From positions 1 through 44,215 of the forward strand of contig CAJWTC010000004.1 in NCBI GenBank assembly GCA_913046795.1: a stretch of 44,215 bases of DNA, in the 5' to 3' direction. How positions within the stretch are numbered: the first letter of the stretch is position 1; each line of letters starts with the position of its first letter. The notes under the pieces are model-generated. The model made no database searches, was not told the origin of the DNA, and saw only the letters and a list, made by a program, of their open reading frames with translations. Shown here one piece after another: positions 36,901-44,215 of this stretch. Origin of the DNA: an uncultured Flammeovirgaceae bacterium (GTDB taxonomy: Bacteria > Bacteroidota > Bacteroidia > Cytophagales > MED-G16). Position numbers and translations under genes: made by a program.

Positions 36901-37097
36901 AAACTCTGAAGAATAAATTAATTCCTAATTTTTTGAAAAAATATATAATTTATTATAATGATCATGGTTTCAAACTGACAATTAAAAAGTTTGGATTAAA
37001 ATTAATTTTAGGAATTGTTGCATTTTATTTTATAAGAGACTCAATTCTTTATATAATTATCCCTTACTTTGTTTTAAAAGGAATATTTAATTTTTAA
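36897..37097 (+). CDS. Small hypothetical membrane protein (66 aa)
   Basis: ATGA overlap with the upstream gene; ends 3 nt before fabI. Basic N-terminal half and hydrophobic C-terminal half (FYFIRDSILYIIIPY). Confidence 0.7.
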   Translation: MKTLKNKLIPNFLKKYIIYYNDHGFKLTIKKFGLKLILGIVAFYFIRDSILYIIIPYFVLKGIFNF

Positions 37098-37100
37098 ATA

Positions 37101-37901
37101 ATGATGTTAAAAGGTAAAAAAGGTATAATATCAGGGGCATTAGATGAGAGCTCTATAGCATGGAAAGTTGCAGAAAGATGCCATGAGGAGGGTGCAATAT
37201 TTACTCTAACAAATGCTCCAATGGCAATGAGAATGGGTAAGATTAATGAGTTAGGAGAGAAATGTAATTCAAAAATAGTAGGTGCTGATTTAACCTTAGT
37301 TGAGGATATTGAAAATTTATATGATGAATCATTAAACGAATTAAGTGGAAAAGTTGATTTTATCCTACACTCGGTTGGTATGTCTCCAAATGTTAGAAAG
37401 AAAAAAGAATATGGTGACCTTAATTATGAATGGTTAAATAAAACATTAGATGTTTCTGCAATCTCATTTCATAAAATGTTACAAGTAGCAGAGAAAAAAG
37501 AAGTTTTAAATGATTGGTCATCATCTGTTGCGCTTTCATATATTGCAGCTCAGAGAACATTTCCTTTCTATTCAGATATGGCTGAAGCCAAATCCCTTCT
37601 TGAGTCTATTGCGAGAAGTTATGGGTACAGACTCGGTAAACTTAATAAATCAAGAGTGAATACAATTTCACAATCTCCCACTATTACAACAGCCGGTTCA
37701 GGTATAAGTGGATTCCAATCATTTTTTAACTATGCTGAAAAAATGTCTCCTCTAGGAAATGCAACAGCAGATGAATGCGCTGATTATTGTATTTTTCTTT
37801 TCTCTGACCTAAGTAAAAAAATTACCATGCAAAATCTTTTTCATGATGGTGGTTTTTCATCAACAGGAATATCTGAGGATATAATTGATGACTTTAGTTA
37901 A
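37101..37901 (+). CDS. fabI: Enoyl-ACP reductase
   Basis: Motifs GALDESSIAW, HSVGMS, Y..MAEAK, RVNTISQSPT.TTAG and MQNLFHDGG. Confidence 0.92.
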   Translation: MMLKGKKGIISGALDESSIAWKVAERCHEEGAIFTLTNAPMAMRMGKINELGEKCNSKIVGADLTLVEDIENLYDESLNELSGKVDFILHSVGMSPNVRKKKEYGDLNYEWLNKTLDVSAISFHKMLQVAEKKEVLNDWSSSVALSYIAAQRTFPFYSDMAEAKSLLESIARSYGYRLGKLNKSRVNTISQSPTITTAGSGISGFQSFFNYAEKMSPLGNATADECADYCIFLFSDLSKKITMQNLFHDGGFSSTGISEDIIDDFS

Positions 37902-37904
37902 AAA

Positions 37905-38711
37905 ATGCTCTTATTTCCAAATGCAAAAATTAATATTGGTTTAAATATTACCAGAAGATTAAGGTCTGGATACCATACTATTGAATCATGTTTTTGTCCA
38001 GTAGGAATACATGATATAATTGAAGTTAAGAAATCAAATTCATCAAATTTAATTGAGACAGGCATACCAATTACATGTAAAGAAAAAGATAATCTACTTT
38101 TAAAAGTTCTCAATGAAATTAAAATCGATAAGAGTTACAGTATTCATCTTCATAAAAATATTCCTATTGGATCAGGGCTTGGTGGAGGATCATCAGATGC
38201 CGCTTTCTTAATTAAATATCTAAATACAAAAAAAGAGACAAAAATATCAAAAAAAAATATTTTAGAAATTGCTGAAAGTATTGGAAGTGACTGCCCATTT
38301 TTTATTGATAATAAAATTCAATATGTAACAGGGACAGGTAATATTTTTGATGAAATTAGTATTGATATTAGGAACAAGTATATTGTAATTTATAGTCCCG
38401 ATGAAAAAATTTCTACTTCTGATGCATATCAAGCTATTAAACCAAAAAAACCAAATTATAATTTAAAGGACGTATTAGAAAATGAAAATATAGAAAATTG
38501 GAAAAATTTTATTAAAAATGACTTCGAAGAATTTGCTTTAAAAAAAATTAATAGTCTAAAAAAAATTAAGGATTCATTGAAAAATAAAGGTGCAAAATAT
38601 ATTAGTTTATCAGGTAGTGGGTCTTCAGTATTTGGTGTATTTGATGATAAAAAAAATACAGATTATTTTATTGGACATAAAAACACTTATATAACAAAGG
38701 TAATCAGTTAA
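37905..38711 (+). CDS. ispE: 4-diphosphocytidyl-2-C-methyl-D-erythritol kinase
   Basis: Motifs PNAKINIGL, KNIPIGSGLGGGSSDAA, IGSDCPFF and LSGSGSSVFG. Confidence 0.93.
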   Translation: MLLFPNAKINIGLNITRRLRSGYHTIESCFCPVGIHDIIEVKKSNSSNLIETGIPITCKEKDNLLLKVLNEIKIDKSYSIHLHKNIPIGSGLGGGSSDAAFLIKYLNTKKETKISKKNILEIAESIGSDCPFFIDNKIQYVTGTGNIFDEISIDIRNKYIVIYSPDEKISTSDAYQAIKPKKPNYNLKDVLENENIENWKNFIKNDFEEFALKKINSLKKIKDSLKNKGAKYISLSGSGSSVFGVFDDKKNTDYFIGHKNTYITKVIS

Positions 38712-39720
38712 AATGCTTCCAACCAAATGATTTTAATTCATCCTCCCTCCCATCTTTACAAACTAAAGTTTTTTTATTATTATGAGTAAAAAACCCTATA
38801 GGAGATATGTTAGATTCTTTTTTATCTATTTTTTTAAAATTTTCAGGACTCAAAGAGAATAAAAGTTCATACTCTTCACCTCCATTTAAAGCTGATGAAA
38901 GATAGTCTGTGTTAAGTTCCTCTGATATTTTTCTTACTTCTTTTGATATAGGTAATTTTTCTTCAAATACTTTAAACCCAAGATTAGAAGATTGACTTAT
39001 ATGGCCTAGATCAGAGGATATACCATCAGATATATCTACCATAGAATTTGGTATAACATTATATCGAGATAAATATTCTATTATATCATTTCTTGCCTTA
39101 GGTCTTAACTGTTTTTCAATTAAATTTTTATAATTATCTAATTCTGGTTGATTTTCAGGGTTTTTTATAAAATTAGATTTTTCTCTTTGGAGAATCATAA
39201 GACCCATGTAAGACCTTCCAATATCACCAGAAACACATATTATATCGTTTGGTTTTGCGCCATCTCTTCTTGTTATTTTTTTCTTATCAACAGATCCAAT
39301 AGCTGTACAAGAAATTGTCATACCTGACACTGATGATGAGGTATCCCCTCCAACTAAATCTACATTATATTCATCACACGCAATTTTAACTCCGTCATAG
39401 AACTCATAAATTGCATCAGAACTAAATTTACTACTCACAGCAATATTTAATAAAATCTGAGATGGAATAGCATTCATAGAAAAAATGTCTGATAAATTTA
39501 CAATGACAGATTTATAACCTAAATGTTTTAAAGGAAAATAACTTAAATCAAAATGTATTCCTTCTATTAACATATCAGATGACACAACAGTTAACTTATT
39601 ATGAAAATTTATTATAGCAGCGTCATCCCCAATTCCTAGAAGAGAAGACTTCTTCTTACACGGAAATTTTTTCTTAATCTGATCAATTAAACCAAACTCG
39701 CCAAGCTGATATATATCCAT
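38704..39720 (-). CDS. thiL: Thiamine-phosphate kinase
   Basis: Motifs GEFGLI, GIGDDAA, EGIHFD, NLSDI, GGDT, DISDG and GGEEYELLF. Confidence 0.95.
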   Translation of the reverse strand: MDIYQLGEFGLIDQIKKKFPCKKKSSLLGIGDDAAIINFHNKLTVVSSDMLIEGIHFDLSYFPLKHLGYKSVIVNLSDIFSMNAIPSQILLNIAVSSKFSSDAIYEFYDGVKIACDEYNVDLVGGDTSSSVSGMTISCTAIGSVDKKKITRRDGAKPNDIICVSGDIGRSYMGLMILQREKSNFIKNPENQPELDNYKNLIEKQLRPKARNDIIEYLSRYNVIPNSMVDISDGISSDLGHISQSSNLGFKVFEEKLPISKEVRKISEELNTDYLSSALNGGEEYELLFSLSPENFKKIDKKESNISPIGFFTHNNKKTLVCKDGREDELKSFGWKHFN

Positions 39721-39762
39721 ATTAAGTCTGTATTTTTGTAATTAATATTTAATTTTACAATT

Positions 39763-40089
39763 ATGATTAAAATTACTGATAAGGCAGCAAATAAACTTCA
39801 TGAGCTCAGGAAATCTGAAAATCATTCTGAAGATCACAATGTTAGAGTTAATGTGAAAGGTGGAGGATGTTCTGGCTTATTATATGATCTTAAATTTGAT
39901 GATGAGACAACAGAAAATGATCAGTTTTTTGAAGATAATGGCACCAAAATAATTGTTGATAAAAAAAGTCTATTTTATATTTTAGGAACAGAGCTAGACT
40001 TCAGCGATGGATTAAATGGTAAAGGGTTCCAGTTTAAAAATCCAAATGCAACTAGGACTTGTGGTTGTGGAGAAAGCTTTTCTGTCTAG
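39763..40089 (+). CDS. iscA: A-type Fe-S cluster carrier (IscA/HesB family)
   Basis: Motifs GGGCSG and NPNATRTCGCGESF. Confidence 0.92.
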   Translation: MIKITDKAANKLHELRKSENHSEDHNVRVNVKGGGCSGLLYDLKFDDETTENDQFFEDNGTKIIVDKKSLFYILGTELDFSDGLNGKGFQFKNPNATRTCGCGESFSV

Positions 40090-41966
40090 TAAGCTCGTTC
40101 ACTAATCCCATCACAATAATTCATAAATGATCTATTTGCAACTCTATTTCCACCAGAAGTTGGATAATTACCGGTAAAGTACCAATCTCCCAAATGATTA
40201 GGACATGCTCTATTTAAATTTTCGATTGTTTGGTAAATAATCTTAAGTTCAGATTTAAAACCTTTTGGCTTAACAATTTCAGCAACTGAATCTGATATCT
40301 CTTCATAAGAATACAAATCATATAATTCTTTAACATGATTTATGGGATCACTTTCTTTTAAAGAGCGTTTACACTTTTTATAAACTTCTTGTAGAAGGTT
40401 ATCTTTCTTATTTAACTTTATTAATCTTATAAGTCCTCTGAATGCAACAAACTGATTCATTTTACTCATATCTATTCCATAACAGTCTGGGTACCTAATT
40501 TGAGGAGAAGATGATACAAATATTACTTTCTTAGCTTCAAGAGATGAAAGTAGAGTCAAAATGCTTTTTTCAAGTGTAGTGCCTCTAACTATTGAGTCGT
40601 CAATTATAACTATTGAATCCTTATTCTTTTTAACTATTCCATATGTAGTATCATACACATTAGATACCAACTCATTTCTAGAATCTCCATGAGTTATAAA
40701 AGTTCTCATTTTAACGTCTTTACTAACTAATTTCTCAATTCTAGTCTTGAGATAAATCAAATCTTCTTGAGATCCTTCATAAAACTTTTTATCAATAAAT
40801 ATTTCTTTCTTTTTTGATGTGAGATAATTTTTAATTCCGTCTACCATCCCGTAGAAACAAGTCTCAGATGTGTTTGGAATATATGAAAAAATAGTATTCT
40901 TAAGATCATTATCTATTGCATTAAAAACCTGAGGTAATAAAAGTTCACCAAGTTTTTTTCTTTCTTTATAGATATCAGGATCATTCCCTCTTGAAAAATA
41001 AATCCTCTCAAAAGAACAAGATTGTTTTTTTCTTGGTTCAATAAATTGTTCTATAGAATAACTCCCATCTTTATTTATTATTAATGCATGACCGGGCTCA
41101 ACTTCCTTTATTTCAGAAAATTCACATTGAAATGCTGTCTTAATTGGAGGTCTTTCACTAGTAGCCACTACTACCTCATCGTTTACGTAGTAAAATAATG
41201 GCCTAATCCCTGATGGATCTCTTGCAACAAAAGAAGAACCATGACCTACTAATCCAGCAAGAGCATAACCTCCATCAAAGTCTTTAAATGAATTTTCAAG
41301 AACATTAATTAAATTCAATTCATTCTCAATTTTTCCTGATATATCTTTTTTATCTAACTTTTTGTTGTACCTCTCATATATTTTATTATTTTCCTCATCT
41401 AAAAAATGTCCAACTTTTTCTAAAATAGTAACAGTATCTGATTTTTCCTTTGGACTCTGACCTAATTCAACTAGAACTTGAAAAAGATCATCTAGATTAG
41501 TCATATTAAAATTACCAGCAAAAATTAGATTTTTTGACTTCCAATTATTTTGCCTTAAAGTTGGTGCACAATTTTCAATTGTATTACCTCCAAATGTTCC
41601 GTACCTAAGATGCCCTAACCAAACCTCGCCAGTAAAAGAAACATTCTCTTTAATCCAATCTTCATCTAACTTATAATTAGGATTAATTAGTGCCTTTTCA
41701 AACTTCTTATTTATTTTATTGAATATATCTTGAATAGAATCTTTCTTGACTGATCTATATCTACTTATATATCTTTTTCCAGGTTGTGTATCTAATTTTA
41801 GCGAGGCAACTCCAGCACCGTCCTGACCCCTATTCCTTTGCTTGTGCATCATCAAAAACATCTTACTAACTGCATAGCTAGGAGACTTATATTTATCAAT
41901 AAAATATTGCAAAGGTTTTCTTAATCTTAGGAAAGCAATTCCACACTCATGTTTTATCTTCTGCAT
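40086..41966 (-). CDS. purF: Amidophosphoribosyltransferase (long Bacteroidota type)
   Basis: Ntn motif KHECGI, RGQDGAG, GHLRYGT, CSFERIYFSRG, IDDSIVRGTT and RYPDCYGIDM. Confidence 0.9.
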   Translation of the reverse strand: MQKIKHECGIAFLRLRKPLQYFIDKYKSPSYAVSKMFLMMHKQRNRGQDGAGVASLKLDTQPGKRYISRYRSVKKDSIQDIFNKINKKFEKALINPNYKLDEDWIKENVSFTGEVWLGHLRYGTFGGNTIENCAPTLRQNNWKSKNLIFAGNFNMTNLDDLFQVLVELGQSPKEKSDTVTILEKVGHFLDEENNKIYERYNKKLDKKDISGKIENELNLINVLENSFKDFDGGYALAGLVGHGSSFVARDPSGIRPLFYYVNDEVVVATSERPPIKTAFQCEFSEIKEVEPGHALIINKDGSYSIEQFIEPRKKQSCSFERIYFSRGNDPDIYKERKKLGELLLPQVFNAIDNDLKNTIFSYIPNTSETCFYGMVDGIKNYLTSKKKEIFIDKKFYEGSQEDLIYLKTRIEKLVSKDVKMRTFITHGDSRNELVSNVYDTTYGIVKKNKDSIVIIDDSIVRGTTLEKSILTLLSSLEAKKVIFVSSSPQIRYPDCYGIDMSKMNQFVAFRGLIRLIKLNKKDNLLQEVYKKCKRSLKESDPINHVKELYDLYSYEEISDSVAEIVKPKGFKSELKIIYQTIENLNRACPNHLGDWYFTGNYPTSGGNRVANRSFMNYCDGISERAY

Positions 41967-42656
41967 CTACCCGTAAATTTCTACTTTAATACTTTTAGAA
42001 TCATATCCTAATTCCTTTAGATTTGTCCTCGCCTCCTTTATCATATCCCTCCAACCACATAAATAAAATATTGGATTATTTAATTTAGTATTTTTAATTA
42101 TATCAAGATATTGATTATGAACATATCCCATCTTTCCATCCCATTGTTCTCTAGATAAAACAGGAATAAATTTTAAATTTTCTAACTTCTTTTCAAGTTC
42201 TGATATTTCATCAAGGCACAACAGGTCTTGACTAGTCCTAGTACCAAAAACTAAAAATATTTTTTTTGATGAAATATTATTTTTATCTATAAAATGAAGA
42301 AAACTTCTAAATGGTGCAAGACCTGTACCTGTACATATAAGAAATATATCCCTATCCATATTATCTGGCAATGTAAACCTTCCTATAGGTCCCTTAATTT
42401 CTATCTTTTCTCCAACAATAATATCTTCAAACAACAGTTTTGTCATAACACCACCATCAAGTTTGACAATTAAAAGTTCGAAAAAACTATTTATGGGGTC
42501 ATATGAAGCTATGGAATAACTTCTAATTATATCTCGAACTTTTAGCTGGATAAATTGCCCAGGTATAAAATCAAATTTTTCATTAGGTTGAACAACAAAT
42601 TTCCAGGTTTGATTAGTTATTTTATCAACAGAAGTAATAGAAGCTGAACACCACAT
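41967..42656 (-). CDS. FNR-like FAD/NAD(P)-binding oxidoreductase
   Basis: Motifs PGQF, RSYSIAS, GPIGRF, TGTGLAPF and FYLCG. Confidence 0.9.
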   Translation of the reverse strand: MWCSASITSVDKITNQTWKFVVQPNEKFDFIPGQFIQLKVRDIIRSYSIASYDPINSFFELLIVKLDGGVMTKLLFEDIIVGEKIEIKGPIGRFTLPDNMDRDIFLICTGTGLAPFRSFLHFIDKNNISSKKIFLVFGTRTSQDLLCLDEISELEKKLENLKFIPVLSREQWDGKMGYVHNQYLDIIKNTKLNNPIFYLCGWRDMIKEARTNLKELGYDSKSIKVEIYG

Positions 42657-42673
42657 ATAAAAAAATTGAATGT

Positions 42674-42681
42674 CAAATTTA
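42674..42681 (-). promoter_or_regulatory. -7 box for the FNR-purF unit
   Basis: TAAATTTG on the minus strand, 17 nt upstream of the ATG. Confidence 0.55.
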
Positions 42682-42872
42682 ATCTTATAAAATCAGAAAA
42701 AAAACTTATTGTATTATTCAAAGATTTTTATAAAAAAAGATGCTTTATACAACACTTATATTATTTATTAAAAAGTCAATCAAAAATAAATTTTTTTAAT
42801 TAAAAAAAATGACTAATATTTGGAATCCTATTTTACAAATAGCAAATTTTTATAAACCACTAAAATAAAGAA

Positions 42873-44201
42873 ATGCATAACAGGCATTGGGAGAATTGTT
42901 TGTCTCTAATTAGAAAAGAAATAAGTGATCAGCAGTATCAGACTTGGTTCAAACCCATTATTTTACTTAAAATTACTTCTTCAACAATTACTTTACAAGT
43001 ACCTACAAAGTTCTTTTACGAGTGGCTTGAAGATCACTATCTTAAACTCCTTAATAACACTGTTAAGAAAGTATTAGGTAAAAAAACTAAGATAGAATAT
43101 GTTGTCTCTGAGGTCAAAGAAGAAGCAAAGAGTGTAAATACAAAAAGAAAAATTAAAATTGAAGAAATTAAACAGACTAAATTTGATAATTTAAATAGGA
43201 ATTTTAAATTTAAAACTTTTATTTCTGGTAAATGCAATAGTGTTGCAAGGGCAGCAGGAAAGAGAATATGTAAAAATCCTGGTGACAATCCATTTAATCC
43301 TCTTATGGTTTACGGGGGTGTTGGTCTAGGCAAAACACATTTAATACAATCGATTGGAAATAAAATTTCAAAAAAAAATCAGAAGTCAGTTTATTACGTC
43401 ACATCAGAAAAATTTGCTAATCAATTTATAGATGCTTTAAAAGAAAATAGACTTAAAGATTTCACAAAGTTTTATGTCAATATTGATTGTCTTATTATTG
43501 ATGATGTCCAATTTTTTAAAGGAAAAGAAAAAACTCAAGAAGTTTTTTTCCACATTTTTAACCAGTTAAACTTAAACAATAAGCAAATAATTCTCTCCGC
43601 TGATAAATCACCAATAAATATGGATGGTCTTGAACAGAGATTAATAAGTAGATTTAAATCTGGGTTAACGGTAGAACTTGAAAAACCTGAATTTGAAACT
43701 AGACTAAATATCCTAAATGCTAAAATTAATAATGAAAATATTAAAATATCGGAGGAGGTAATTCACTATATTGCTGTCCAAGTTGACACAAACATAAGAG
43801 AATTAGAGGGAGTTCTTATCTCCCTTCTTGCACATTCAACAATTACAAAAAAACCTATTGATATTGAACTTACAAAATCTATTATAGGTAAGATTGTAAA
43901 GGATACAAATAAAGAAATTAACATTAGCTACATACAAGAAATTGTTTCTAAGTTCTTCAATATTAGTATAAATGAGATGAAGGATAAGGCAAGAAAAAAA
44001 GAAATAGTTATTGCAAGACAAGTTGCTATGTACTTCTCGAAAGATTTTACAAACAACTCTCTCAAATCCATCGGTTTCCATTTTGGTGGAAGAGATCATA
44101 GCACTGTTATTCATGCTGTTCAATCCGTTAACGATATGATTGATACTGATAGTATTTTTAAAAAGAATGTAGAGGAAATTAAAAAAAGAATATCAGTTTA
44201 G
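42873..44201 (+). CDS. dnaA: Chromosomal replication initiator DnaA
   Basis: Motifs YQTWF, Walker A GGVGLGKT, LIIDDVQF, NIRELEG, RQVAMY and GGRDHSTVIHA. Confidence 0.98.
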   Translation: MHNRHWENCLSLIRKEISDQQYQTWFKPIILLKITSSTITLQVPTKFFYEWLEDHYLKLLNNTVKKVLGKKTKIEYVVSEVKEEAKSVNTKRKIKIEEIKQTKFDNLNRNFKFKTFISGKCNSVARAAGKRICKNPGDNPFNPLMVYGGVGLGKTHLIQSIGNKISKKNQKSVYYVTSEKFANQFIDALKENRLKDFTKFYVNIDCLIIDDVQFFKGKEKTQEVFFHIFNQLNLNNKQIILSADKSPINMDGLEQRLISRFKSGLTVELEKPEFETRLNILNAKINNENIKISEEVIHYIAVQVDTNIRELEGVLISLLAHSTITKKPIDIELTKSIIGKIVKDTNKEINISYIQEIVSKFFNISINEMKDKARKKEIVIARQVAMYFSKDFTNNSLKSIGFHFGGRDHSTVIHAVQSVNDMIDTDSIFKKNVEEIKKRISV

Positions 44202-44215
44202 TAACTAAAATAATT

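Overview
An AT-rich, very gene-dense chromosomal segment, most likely from a streamlined marine Bacteroidota genome (Cytophagales-like). This is inferred from TAnnTTTG -7 promoter boxes, A-rich starts without obvious Shine-Dalgarno motifs, a T9SS C-terminal domain, Gln after predicted signal-peptidase-I sites, and Bacteroidota-type gene order. The left ~8.7 kb looks richer in G+C and encodes only exported catabolic proteins: an S9 peptidase (missing from the ORF track), a Tat-exported PLP aminotransferase, a multidomain glycan-binding lipoprotein, a T9SS GH13, a sulfatase and an e(P4)-type phosphatase. It ends at the 3' end of tRNA-Arg(TCT). Next come a crtD-cruF-DoxX-DoxX carotenoid operon, an uncharacterised secreted protein with two repeated domains, HDAC, apt and tRNA-Ser(GCT). 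The remaining ~30 kb is compact housekeeping genes (purC, ribE, alaS, ppk1, mdh, tilS, bamD, rpoZ, fabI, ispE, thiL, purF, dnaA). I saw no CRISPR array, integrase, transposase or prophage. The best leads for undescribed biology are the peptidase/Tat-aminotransferase pair, the chimeric glucan-binding lipoprotein, the DoxX pair in the carotenoid operon, the secreted G-x-T-H repeat protein, candidate leaderless and face-to-face promoters, and the absence of coaBC and recN from a normally conserved operon. All family calls come from reading motifs by eye; no searches were run.
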